A stretch of DNA of 63,233 nt, filler included, from 7 parts of 7 records of this genome joined end to end with filler, not necessarily neighbours in it; one strand, 5' to 3'; counted from the whole stretch's first letter, positions 1 through 9,455 are shown. Program-made: numbers and translations. The notes: generated by a model from the letters alone, not told the origin.

Positions 1-1
1 T

Positions 2-319
2 TTTTTCAATGACGTTAAACACTTCACTATTTGCATGACATCTTACATGTACTTGCGTTCTTGCTCCATCAGCAAGATCAACAAGATGATACGTCTTTCT
101 TTGACCATCAAGCGTTGTAAAAACGGCGTTTTCACGTTCAAGGAAACTTATGTTGTTATAAATCGTTTGGACATTTGGATGACCTAATGCTTTCATTTTT
201 GTTTCGAGTTCATGAATATCCATTGCCTTTTCGCTTAAAAGTCTTACCATATCTTTTCTAGCTTGAGTCATTCTAAACCCTTTTTCTGAAAGTTTATCAA
301 TCATTTCTTTGATATCCAT
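2..319 (-). CDS. Fur-family transcriptional regulator (3' end runs off window; not in ORF track)
   Basis: Hand translation MDIKEMIDKLSEKGFRMTQARKDMVRLL...HPNVQTIYNNISFL...TYHL...VHVRCHAN matches Fur GxRxTxxR and TxYxxL patterns; GAGGG RBS; adjacent to feoAB. Confidence 0.85.
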   Translation of the reverse strand, partial: MDIKEMIDKLSEKGFRMTQARKDMVRLLSEKAMDIHELETKMKALGHPNVQTIYNNISFLERENAVFTTLDGQRKTYHLVDLADGARTQVHVRCHANSEVFNVIEK

Positions 320-490
320 TACTGGCCCTCTTTCTCTAAATTAGATAATAAATCAATTTTTCCATTTTTATCGATGAGGTCAATAGGGCAATGTGAACAT
401 GTACATGCATGTCCTTTATGGATGATATTATAAATCATTTTGTATAAAATTGACCCATATATTAAAATGACAATACTTCCAAAAATCCAA

Positions 491-1906
491 TCACCCATGA
501 ACTACCCTCATTCTTTTCATTTTAATCATCAATAACGTGATGAATACTGCTACTACTATTATTATACTATAAATAAAACCTTCCCCTATATTTTGATACA
601 CAATAAGTGTTCCTAATTGATAAATAATCATAGCTACTATGTATCCTACAAACAATTGGAATAATACTGCAAGTGCTGTTAATTTTCGTGAATTTAATTC
701 AGCATTCATCGCACCAATCGCTGCGAAACATGGAGGAGTAAATAAATTAAATGCCATAAATGCATATGCACTTACTGCAGTAAGACCACCAGTAGTTAAT
801 AATACTTGATGCGTTAATTCAATATTTTCAACACCTAAATCATCTGTAATGCTAAATGCAAAAATAACTGCAAGTGCACCGACAACTTCTTCTTTTGCAA
901 TAAAACCTAAAACAGCTGCTGCTGCAAGTCCCCACACACCAAAGCCAAGTGGTGTTAATAAAAATGCAATCGGCTGTGCAAGTGTTCTTAATATAGAATC
1001 ACTAGGATCAACCATTTCAAATGACCAATTAAAATTAGCAGTTATCCAAACAATACCATTCATCAAAATAATGATAGTCGCTGCTTTTTTTGTAAAATCC
1101 CAAGCTTGATCAAACATTACTCTAATCGCTCTTTTTATTGAAGGTAGATGATAATCAGGTAATTCAATAAATGAGTGTTGATCAAATGTTTTATCTTCTT
1201 TTTTTGCATCTAATAAAAATCTAATCAAATGTCCGCTTAATAAAATAACAGCTATCGCTAAAAAGTAAGTTAATCCTGTCATAAAGCCAGATCCACCAAA
1301 AAATACAGTGATAAATAAAGCTATAACTGGAAGTTTTGCTCCACAAGGAACAAATGGTGTTAATAAGACTGTAAGTTTTCTTTGTTTTTCATTTTTTATT
1401 GTTCTACTACTCATAATAGCAGGTATTGAACAAGCTGTCCCGACATACATAGGTATAATTGACTTTCCTGCTAATCCAATAGGTTTAAAAAATCTATCCA
1501 TGACGACAGCAACACGTGCCATGTAACCTGAGTCTTCAAGTAATTGTAAAAAGAAAAACAAAACCATGATAAGGGGAAGAAATCCAATAACAGCTGCAAA
1601 TCCACCAATAATCCCCTCTAGGATAAGACCTGATAAAAAGTCTGAAGTTTGTGTTGATGACAACCAGCCTTCGACTAATTGATAGAAATTACCAATGACA
1701 TGTTCTGTTAATAAATCCGCGACCAACGGCCCTAGATATGTTTGTGAAATCATAAATACACCAACCATAATGACTGCAAATATGATGACACCTAATATCG
1801 GATGCATGACTAATCGATCTGTTCGATCTGTTTTTGTAAACTTAACAGATGTTTTTTCTTGAACTAACTGAGCAATATCTTCTGCTTTTTTTCTATGATC
1901 ATTCAT
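491..1906 (-). CDS. feoB: FeoB membrane (gate) moiety of a split ferrous iron transporter
   Basis: LEDSGYMARVAVVMDR, PFVPCGAKLP, FIELPDYHLP, AKEEVVG and TPPCFAA motifs. Confidence 0.93.
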   Translation of the reverse strand: MNDHRKKAEDIAQLVQEKTSVKFTKTDRTDRLVMHPILGVIIFAVIMVGVFMISQTYLGPLVADLLTEHVIGNFYQLVEGWLSSTQTSDFLSGLILEGIIGGFAAVIGFLPLIMVLFFFLQLLEDSGYMARVAVVMDRFFKPIGLAGKSIIPMYVGTACSIPAIMSSRTIKNEKQRKLTVLLTPFVPCGAKLPVIALFITVFFGGSGFMTGLTYFLAIAVILLSGHLIRFLLDAKKEDKTFDQHSFIELPDYHLPSIKRAIRVMFDQAWDFTKKAATIIILMNGIVWITANFNWSFEMVDPSDSILRTLAQPIAFLLTPLGFGVWGLAAAAVLGFIAKEEVVGALAVIFAFSITDDLGVENIELTHQVLLTTGGLTAVSAYAFMAFNLFTPPCFAAIGAMNAELNSRKLTALAVLFQLFVGYIVAMIIYQLGTLIVYQNIGEGFIYSIIIVVAVFITLLMIKMKRMRVVHG

Positions 1907-2414
1907 TTTTTTTACTTCCTATCTTTTGACTTATAAGCGTAATGGCATCTTTTACGCCTTTATTTTTTGTTGCTTGAGTACAGATAACTGTTGAATCTAG
2001 AATATCTTGTAATTGATCTATATCAATTTTGACTTTTTGTTTTTTTGCGACATCTTGTTTATTTAACATGATAACAACCGGTTTATTAATTTTTAATAAT
2101 TCCAATGTGAAAACGAGCCCCTTTTCTAATTGGCTCATATCAATTACATTTAAAATTGCATCGATATCATCAGATTTTAAATAATCTGTAGATACTTTCT
2201 CATCCAAAGTATAGCTTTCCATACCATATGTTCCTGGCAAATCAACAATGGTGACATCATCGTTAAATATATTTAGTCTTTTCTTTAAATATGCTTTTTT
2301 CATATCAACAGTGACACCAGTCCAATTACCTACACGTTCACTTTTTCCTGTTAAATAATTATAAATGGTGGTTTTACCACTATTTGGATTACCTGCAAGT
2401 GCTATATGTATCAT
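1899..2414 (-). CDS. feoB: FeoB N-terminal GTPase encoded as a separate ORF
   Basis: G1 GNPNSGKT, G2 VGNWTGVTV, G3 DLPG, G4 NKQD; 8-bp overlap with the membrane ORF. Confidence 0.93.
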   Translation of the reverse strand: MIHIALAGNPNSGKTTIYNYLTGKSERVGNWTGVTVDMKKAYLKKRLNIFNDDVTIVDLPGTYGMESYTLDEKVSTDYLKSDDIDAILNVIDMSQLEKGLVFTLELLKINKPVVIMLNKQDVAKKQKVKIDIDQLQDILDSTVICTQATKNKGVKDAITLISQKIGSKKNE

Positions 2415-2638
2415 AATTGTTCCACAACTAACATGGAAGCTAAAGCTTTTTCCATGGCATATCGACTTCCCTTTATATATACAATAAAATGTTTGTTAAT
2501 AATTTGTACGAGTTCAAACTCTACACCTTTATATAATCCCATACGACTAAAAAAACGTATACTATCAACATCACCTTCGACATGATCGATTTGATAATGT
2601 TGTTGTGCTTTGCAGGCACTTAATAATTGCTTACTCAT
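2411..2638 (-). CDS. feoA: FeoA ferrous iron transport protein A
   Basis: 75 aa, RMGLYKG and IKGSRYAM patterns, GGAGG RBS, overlaps start of FeoB GTPase ORF. Confidence 0.88.
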   Translation of the reverse strand: MSKQLLSACKAQQHYQIDHVEGDVDSIRFFSRMGLYKGVEFELVQIINKHFIVYIKGSRYAMEKALASMLVVEQL

Positions 2639-2657
2639 TTAGTTTTCCTCCACGTGA

Positions 2658-2697
2658 TTGCTAATTTGAATTTATCAAAATAAAGGCAAAAAGTCAA
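2658..2697 (-). promoter_or_regulatory. sigma70 promoter of feoAB with overlapping palindromic operator
   Basis: TTGACT-17 bp-TAAATT; 21-bp imperfect palindrome TTGATAAATT-C-AAATTAGCAA (8/10 arm match) covers the -10. Confidence 0.6.
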
Positions 2698-2716
2698 GGT
2701 ATTCTATAAAAAACAT

Positions 2717-2755
2717 AAAAAAGAAAAAGTTTAAGTCAAATTCGACTTAAACTTT
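2717..2755 (-). terminator. Intrinsic terminator with no annotated gene directly upstream
   Basis: AAAGUUUAAGUC-GAAUUU-GACUUAAACUUU followed by UUCUUUUUU. Confidence 0.75.
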
Positions 2756-2856
2756 GATTGTTCAAAGAGGAAAACATAGTGCTACATTTAAAAAATGTCG
2801 CCCCCACACTTTCTATTAATAACCCCAAGTTTATAACAGATACCATGCCTTCCTGT
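2717..2856 (-). ncRNA. Candidate ~140-nt structured small RNA (family unknown)
   Basis: TATAAT at 2861-2866, G-U-rich long hairpin, own terminator, lies between the pdhD terminator and the feoA promoter. Confidence 0.4.
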
Positions 2857-3001
2857 ATATATTATATAACTTTTTATTGCCAAAAAATAGGGCACATATG
2901 TCCTATTTTAAGGTTTTTTTAAGGTTTTAATAACAATTTATAATTATTATAAATAATATATTAACGACATTTAAGTACTTAAATATCATTAAAATTTCAA
3001 T

Positions 3002-3036
3002 AAAAAGGATGCTTCTAGTGATTAGAAGCATCCTTT
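3002..3036 (-). terminator. Intrinsic terminator of pdh operon
   Basis: 14-bp inverted repeat AAAGGATGCTTCTA/TAGAAGCATCCTTT about 20 bp after the pdhD stop. Confidence 0.85.
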
Positions 3037-3057
3037 GTGTTATTTCTTGTTTTTATG

Positions 3058-4425
3058 CTAAATATGAATCGGTTTATCGATAGCCCCATGTGCAGCTTCC
3101 ATCACTATCTCAGATAGAGTTGGATGTGCATGAATAGTGTCTGCAATTTCATATGCAGTCCCTTCTAATTTCATGGTTACACCTAATTCAGCAATTAAAT
3201 CTGATGCATTATATGAGAATATATGTGCACCTAATAATTCTTTGTATTTCTTGCCAACTAATAACTTGATAAATCCGTCTTTTTCGCCATCGGCTACTGA
3301 TTTACCAACACCAGCAATTGGAAATGTTGAAGCAACATATTCAACACCCGCTGTTTTTAGTTCTTTTTCTGTTTTACCAACTGATGCTATTTCAGGTTGT
3401 CCATAGACAGCATTAGGCACTTGATCATAATCCATTGATTTATCATGACCTAAAATGTTTTCGATGACCACAAGACCTTCATGTGATGCAACATGTGCCA
3501 ACATGTATTTACCATTTAAGTCACCAATAGCATAAACACCTTTGACGTTTGTTTCACATTTGTCATTTGTGTCAACAGCAGCTCTATTCATTTTAAGTTT
3601 TAATGATTCTAATCCTTTAGAATTAGCACGCATACCTACTGAAACTAAAACAGTATCCGCTTTTACTTTTTGTGATTGACCATTTAATTCATAAATCACA
3701 TCTGAACCTTTAACACCTGTGACTTGTGCTGATGTTTGAATTTCAATACCATCTCTTTTAAGTGTTTTGTCATAGGCTTTTCTCACATCATCATCCATCA
3801 TCGGTAAGATACCATCTTGCATTTCGATGATTGTTACTTTCGATCCTAGTGATGAGAAAATCGTTGCAAATTCAACACCGATGACGCCACCACCAATAAT
3901 CACTAGATTTTTCGGTGCTTTTTCAATTTGAAGCAACTCTCTTGATGTCACAGCAAATCCTTTTTCATAAGCTGCTTTTAAGCCAGGAATAGGTGGAACA
4001 ACTGGTGATGCACCTGTTGCAAGCACAAGGTTTTTAGTTTTTAATGTTTCACCATTGACTTCAACTGTTTGTTTGTCTTTAACAACACCTAAACCGTTGT
4101 AAACATCAACTTTATTTTTCTTAAGTAAAAAACCAACACCTGTTGTTAGTTTTTTAACAACACCATCTTTACGCTTTAGCATTTGACTCCAGTCAAATCC
4201 AACTTCGCTAGCTAGAAGACCATAATCTTTTGCATGTAACATCTGTTTATATACTTTTGCACTTTTAAGTAATGCTTTTGTTGGAATACATCCATGATTT
4301 AAGCATATACCACCAACAACTTCTTTTTCAATAAGTGCTGTTTTTAACCCTGATTGTCCAGCCTTAATAGCTGCTACATATCCACCAGGTCCACCACCTA
4401 TTATTACTACATCATAATTTTTCAT
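3058..4425 (-). CDS. pdhD: Dihydrolipoamide dehydrogenase (E3)
   Basis: GGGPGGY, GGICLNHGCIPTK redox disulfide, HAHPTLSE. Confidence 0.97.
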   Translation of the reverse strand: MKNYDVVIIGGGPGGYVAAIKAGQSGLKTALIEKEVVGGICLNHGCIPTKALLKSAKVYKQMLHAKDYGLLASEVGFDWSQMLKRKDGVVKKLTTGVGFLLKKNKVDVYNGLGVVKDKQTVEVNGETLKTKNLVLATGASPVVPPIPGLKAAYEKGFAVTSRELLQIEKAPKNLVIIGGGVIGVEFATIFSSLGSKVTIIEMQDGILPMMDDDVRKAYDKTLKRDGIEIQTSAQVTGVKGSDVIYELNGQSQKVKADTVLVSVGMRANSKGLESLKLKMNRAAVDTNDKCETNVKGVYAIGDLNGKYMLAHVASHEGLVVIENILGHDKSMDYDQVPNAVYGQPEIASVGKTEKELKTAGVEYVASTFPIAGVGKSVADGEKDGFIKLLVGKKYKELLGAHIFSYNASDLIAELGVTMKLEGTAYEIADTIHAHPTLSEIVMEAAHGAIDKPIHI

Positions 4426-4435
4426 CTACATACCC

Positions 4436-6034
4436 TCAATTCACTAATAGTGATAACGGATTATCCATTAATTCCTTAAAGTAATTTAAGAAACGTCCTG
4501 CATCAGCACCATCAATCACACGGTGATCAACTGCTAATGAAAGTGGTAATGTGTATGCCGCTTTAATTTCTCCGTCTACAACAACTGCTTTTTGACTGAT
4601 TTTACCAACACCTAAGATAGCAACCTCAGGATGATTAATAATTGGTGTACCAAGTGATACATTTGCTGCACCAAAGTTTGTAATACTAAATGTTGTGTTT
4701 TGTAATTTATCAAGTGATACATTTCTATTTTTTGTATCAGTTCCTACACTTTGTATTTCTTTTGCCAAGCCAAATAATGATAATTGATCAGCATCTTTAA
4801 TGTTTGGAACAATTAATCCATCTTGTGTGTCAACAGCCATACCTATATTATAAAACTTTTTAAGTACCATTTGTTGATTTTCTTGATCAAAACTTGCATT
4901 AAAGTGAGGGAATTTCTTTAAAGCCATCAATGCAGCTTTAAAAATGAATGCCATATACGTTAATTTAATGTCTTCTTCAGCAGCAAGTGGTTTAAGTTTT
5001 TGTCTGAGTTCGTATAGTTTATCAACAACAACTTCATCCATCATTACTGTATGTGGAATAATTTGTTTAGATAAAGTCATAGATTTAACAATTGCTTTTC
5101 TTAATCTAGAAATCGGTACAAGTTCTACGTCTCCTTGTGTCGATACTGACACTTTAGGCACTTGAAGTGTTGAAGATGCTGCAGGTGCTTTTTGATCTTG
5201 ATTAGCAAATGCTTTAATATCATCTTTCATTACACGACCATTAAAGCCGCTACCTTTAACTTGATTAATATCTACGCCTAAGTCTTTAGCAAGTTTTCTT
5301 GCAACTGGTGTTGCAAGTGCTTTTGCACGAAGTGGTTTTTCTGCTTGAACTGGTGCGTGTGATTCATCTGATGATTCCATTAATTCTGATGAAACTTCAA
5401 TCTCACCAATCACACCAGCTGCTTTTTCTTCATCATCATCGCCTTCACCAACAGATGCGGTTTCAACGGCAGTTCCTGATCCATCATCAATGACTACAAT
5501 GACTTGACCAACTGTGATTTCATCGCCTTCTTTAAAGTTGATTTTAGCAATTGTACCATCCACAGGAGATGGAAGTTCAGCATTAACTTTATCTGTTTCA
5601 ACAATCACTAATGTGTCACCGTCTTTAACAGCATCGCCTTCTTTGACCTTCCATTCTAAAATAGTACCTTCATGTACACCTTCACCAACATCTGCAAATT
5701 TAAATGCATATCCACCAGTTGTTTGTGTTTGTTTTGGTGCACTTTCTTTTTGAGGTTCAGGTGTTTCTACTTTTTTTGTTTCTTCTTTAGCAGCACCTGT
5801 GCCATCATCTATCTCGATAATCACTTGACCTACAGTGATTTCATCGCCTTCTTTAAAATATATTTTTGATACAGTTCCATCGACTGGCGATGGAAGTTCA
5901 GCATTTACTTTATCTGTTTCAACGATAACCATGGTATCTCCATCTTTTACTTTATCGCCTTCTTTAACCTTCCATTCTAGAATAGTACCTTCATGAACGC
6001 CTTCACCGACGTCTGCAAATTTAAATTGATACAT
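4436..6034 (-). CDS. pdhC: Dihydrolipoamide acetyltransferase (E2) with two lipoyl domains
   Basis: Two ETDKV lipoyl domains, ATPVARKLA E3-binding domain, DHRVIDG catalytic motif. Confidence 0.96.
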   Translation of the reverse strand: MYQFKFADVGEGVHEGTILEWKVKEGDKVKDGDTMVIVETDKVNAELPSPVDGTVSKIYFKEGDEITVGQVIIEIDDGTGAAKEETKKVETPEPQKESAPKQTQTTGGYAFKFADVGEGVHEGTILEWKVKEGDAVKDGDTLVIVETDKVNAELPSPVDGTIAKINFKEGDEITVGQVIVVIDDGSGTAVETASVGEGDDDEEKAAGVIGEIEVSSELMESSDESHAPVQAEKPLRAKALATPVARKLAKDLGVDINQVKGSGFNGRVMKDDIKAFANQDQKAPAASSTLQVPKVSVSTQGDVELVPISRLRKAIVKSMTLSKQIIPHTVMMDEVVVDKLYELRQKLKPLAAEEDIKLTYMAFIFKAALMALKKFPHFNASFDQENQQMVLKKFYNIGMAVDTQDGLIVPNIKDADQLSLFGLAKEIQSVGTDTKNRNVSLDKLQNTTFSITNFGAANVSLGTPIINHPEVAILGVGKISQKAVVVDGEIKAAYTLPLSLAVDHRVIDGADAGRFLNYFKELMDNPLSLLVN

Positions 6035-6045
6035 AAAATGCCTCC

Positions 6046-7020
6046 TTAAAATGCCACGACTTTTTTAATTTCAGCCGCGATTCTTTCTGGTTGAACAAAT
6101 TGGAAATGTTCACCTCTAGCAAGTGGCACAGTAATATCAAAACCTGTCACTCTAGTAGGTGCCGCTTCTAAGTGAAGGAATGCTTTTTCGTTCACTAATG
6201 AAATAAGCTCAGCCCCTGGACCATATGTCTTAACAGCTTCTTGAACCACTAAGAAACGTCCTGTTTTCTTCACTGATTCAATAATTGTTTCTTCATCAAT
6301 TGGATTAATTGTTCTTAAATCAATTAATTCAACACTTACATTATCATCTAATAATTTTAATGCTTTTTGTGCTTCTCTCATCATTGCACCCCAAGCAACA
6401 ACCGTAATATCTGTTCCTTGTTTAACAACTTTAGCTTTTCCAATTGGGATACGATACATATCTTCAGGTACTTCTTGTTTACCTGAACGGTAAATACGTT
6501 TGGGTTCCATAAAAATAACTGGATCTGGATCTTCAATTGCTGAGATAAGTAATCCTTTTGCATCATAAGGTGTAGATGGCATCACAACTTTTAATCCTGG
6601 CACATGTCCGAAGAAAGTTTCTAAAGACTCACTGTGATGTTCTAGCGCTCTAATACCGCCACCCACTGGGAAACGAACAACAATCGGTAGTGAATGTTTA
6701 CCTCTTGAACGATTTCTATATCTTGCCATATGTGTGATGATTTCAGTAAATGCTGGGAATGTAAATCCATCAAATTGAATTTCAGCAACCGGACGAAGTC
6801 CATTAATTGCCATACCTATCGCACTACCTGTGATTGCTGATTCAGCAATCGGTGTATCAAAGACTCTATCTTCACCATATTTTTTTTGTAAACCTGCAGT
6901 GACTCTAAAGACACCACCTTCAAATCCTGTATCTTCACCAAATAATACAACTGATTCATCATCAGCTAATTTTTGATCTAACGCTTCGTTAATTGCAGAT
7001 AATAAGTTTTTTACTGCCAT
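6046..7020 (-). CDS. pdhB: Pyruvate dehydrogenase E1 beta
   Basis: GEDTGFEGGVFR, DTPIAES, EIQF, EHHSES. Confidence 0.95.
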   Translation of the reverse strand: MAVKNLLSAINEALDQKLADDESVVLFGEDTGFEGGVFRVTAGLQKKYGEDRVFDTPIAESAITGSAIGMAINGLRPVAEIQFDGFTFPAFTEIITHMARYRNRSRGKHSLPIVVRFPVGGGIRALEHHSESLETFFGHVPGLKVVMPSTPYDAKGLLISAIEDPDPVIFMEPKRIYRSGKQEVPEDMYRIPIGKAKVVKQGTDITVVAWGAMMREAQKALKLLDDNVSVELIDLRTINPIDEETIIESVKKTGRFLVVQEAVKTYGPGAELISLVNEKAFLHLEAAPTRVTGFDITVPLARGEHFQFVQPERIAAEIKKVVAF

Positions 7021-7022
7021 GA

Positions 7023-8111
7023 TTATTTACCTCCCTCTTCTAAGAACTTTTTGTGTGTTTCATATTGTTCTTTTAATTGAGGTGTCATTTCTTCATAAGT
7101 ATATTTAAAGATATCAAGTAACTCTACATTAACTGCTTCTTTTTCTACTTTTTTAAACACTTCAGTCACATATGCTGTTTTTTCTTCTTCTAATTTTTGT
7201 GCTTTACTTTCTGTTAAATATTTTTTATCCATTAAATATTTTTTAAATCTAATGAGTGGATCACGTTTTTCCCAGATAGCTTCTTCTTCTTTTGAACGAT
7301 AGATTGAAGGATCATCTGAAGTTGTATGTGGTCCCATGCGATAAGTTACTGCTTCAATTAACACAGGTCCTTTACCGGCACGTGCATGATCAAAAGCTGC
7401 TTTTGTAGCAACATACATTGCAAGCAAATCATTACCGTCAACTTGAATACCTGGAATACCAAAAGCAGTTGCTTTTTGTGCTAAAGTTTTTGCTTTTGTA
7501 GCTTTCTTTCTAGGTGTTGAAATTGCATATTGATTGTTTTGAATTACAACAACAAGTGGTGCATCATATGATGCAGCAAAGTTCATACCTTCATAGAATT
7601 CACCATGAGATGTACCACCATCACCAATTGTAGCAAGTGCAACTTCATTTTTCTTCTTAATTTTTGATGCATAAGCTAGACCTGCTGCATGGTTAACTTG
7701 TGAACCAATAATAATATTAACAGGTAATACTTTAACCCCATCATCAAAATGGCTTCCCCATTCATTTCCATACCAATATGTATAGATTTGTTCTAATGTA
7801 ACACCTCTGTATAACATTAAGTTTAATTCTCTAAACGCAGGTGAAACCCAATCTTGAGGTTCCATTGCTGCTGCTGCACCTAATTGTGCAGCTTCTTGCC
7901 CTCTGTTTGGTGCGTATGTAAGCATACGACCTTGACGTTGGTATTGTAATGCCTTTATATCTGCAACACGTCCTAAAACCATAGTTTCGTATAATTTGAG
8001 TAATTCTTTTTTTGTAATTTTAGGTTCAAGATCTTCGTTTACAATACGACCATTTTCATCTAAAATCTGTAGTTGTTCTCCTTTAAGCGGATCATATGAA
8101 TCAAATAACAT
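7023..8111 (-). CDS. pdhA: Pyruvate dehydrogenase E1 alpha
   Basis: GDGGTS...NNQYAIS ThDP motif, YRMGPHTTSDDP. Confidence 0.95.
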   Translation of the reverse strand: MLFDSYDPLKGEQLQILDENGRIVNEDLEPKITKKELLKLYETMVLGRVADIKALQYQRQGRMLTYAPNRGQEAAQLGAAAAMEPQDWVSPAFRELNLMLYRGVTLEQIYTYWYGNEWGSHFDDGVKVLPVNIIIGSQVNHAAGLAYASKIKKKNEVALATIGDGGTSHGEFYEGMNFAASYDAPLVVVIQNNQYAISTPRKKATKAKTLAQKATAFGIPGIQVDGNDLLAMYVATKAAFDHARAGKGPVLIEAVTYRMGPHTTSDDPSIYRSKEEEAIWEKRDPLIRFKKYLMDKKYLTESKAQKLEEEKTAYVTEVFKKVEKEAVNVELLDIFKYTYEEMTPQLKEQYETHKKFLEEGGK

Positions 8112-8376
8112 AAGTCAGCCTCCTTTTTCACAATGATTATACATTTTAAACATATAACCTTCAAAAGAATTGCTTAAAATACACGTAAATATAAAGCAAA
8201 TCGTGATTTGATGCTAAAATGGCATTTTATATTCGTATACGCGGAAATATCTGGGTTATTTTAATAAAAACAATGAATATTTAGTCACCTTATCAGTTGT
8301 TTTTTTATTCATTCATCTATAATATATGCACATTTTATGTTATGATTATGCTATATAGAAAGGATGTGCATTTCTT

Positions 8377-9423
8377 ATGTTTATGCAAATATTATTATCA
8401 ACAGTTATGACCAATGTTTTATATACACTTGGTGCTGTTCTAGCTGTGTGTTTTATATTATTTTTATCTTATTTACTCAATCAAAAAACACGTGATGCCT
8501 CAAAACCAATTGTTATGGGTATTACATATCTTTTAAGCTTTATTTCCATTGTAGCAGCTACTGCTTTTCTGCTTTGGACTTGGGATTTTGATTTAATAAA
8601 TTATTTATCTGATGTTGGACAAAATATTGTAGATACGCTCACTTCTAATATCGGAACACTTGTCACTTCAGTCCTTGTATTATTTATCGCTTTATTTGTA
8701 CTCAAAGTGATCAAACTTAGTCTTTCACGCATCGGGGCTAAACCATCAGTAAATCAAAAACGTTTAAAAACAATTAGTAAATTAATTGGAAGCTTATCGA
8801 AATATGGCATTTGGTTAATCACTATTTTAGTTATCTTATCTATTTGGGGTGTCAATGTAGGTCCTGCACTTGCTGGACTTGGAATCGCTGGACTAGTCAT
8901 TGGTTTAGGTGCACAAAAATTTATTAATGATTTAATCAATGGTCTTTTCATTATATTTGAACAACACTATGATGTCGGAGATATTATAGATACCAATGGC
9001 TTTAAAGGTGAGGTCACGGATATTGGCCTAAAAACAACTAAACTTAAAAATTGGAAAGGTGAAGTTAAGATACTTGCAAATGGTGATATTACAGATGTAT
9101 TGAACTGTTCAAGATTTCCATCGCTTGCGATTGTAGATTTCGGTATTGGATATGGAGAAAATATTCAAGAAGTATTAGAACTTCTTAAAGAAAAACTTCC
9201 CGACTTTAAACAATTATTTCCTGATGTTGTCATTGAAGATCCACAATGTTTGGGTGTGATGGAACTCGCTGATTCCAGTGTGAACATGCGTGCTATTTGT
9301 AAAACACTTAATAACCAACACTACGGTATAGAACGTTCACTAAGAACATTCATCAAAAAAACATTAGATGATGCAAATGTAGAAATACCATTCCCACAAG
9401 TTGTGATTCACGAAACAAAATAA
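8377..9423 (+). CDS. mscS: Small-conductance mechanosensitive channel with extra N-terminal helices
   Basis: AGLGIAGLVIGLGAQ, VGDII, EIPFPQ motifs. Confidence 0.9.
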   Translation: MFMQILLSTVMTNVLYTLGAVLAVCFILFLSYLLNQKTRDASKPIVMGITYLLSFISIVAATAFLLWTWDFDLINYLSDVGQNIVDTLTSNIGTLVTSVLVLFIALFVLKVIKLSLSRIGAKPSVNQKRLKTISKLIGSLSKYGIWLITILVILSIWGVNVGPALAGLGIAGLVIGLGAQKFINDLINGLFIIFEQHYDVGDIIDTNGFKGEVTDIGLKTTKLKNWKGEVKILANGDITDVLNCSRFPSLAIVDFGIGYGENIQEVLELLKEKLPDFKQLFPDVVIEDPQCLGVMELADSSVNMRAICKTLNNQHYGIERSLRTFIKKTLDDANVEIPFPQVVIHETK

Positions 9424-9446
9424 GAGGAAATTTTTCCTCTTTTTTT
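9422..9446 (+). terminator. Probable terminator after mscS
   Basis: AAGAGGAAA/TTTCCTCTT stem plus T-run. Confidence 0.6.
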
Positions 9447-9455
9447 CTAAGGAGC

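Noticed and set aside
2736..2846. 36-aa ORF MVSVINLGLL... on the minus strand
   Set aside because: AGGAAGG sits too close to the ATG and the ORF runs into the terminator stem; an RNA interpretation fits better, though a peptide is not excluded
2826..2850. Fluoride-riboswitch-like GGCAUGGUAUCUGUUAUAAAC
   Set aside because: The 3' GCUxAUGA...CUAC pseudoknot segment is missing and no crcB/eriC gene follows
5480..6034. Near-duplicate DNA in pdhC
   Set aside because: Ordinary tandem lipoyl domains
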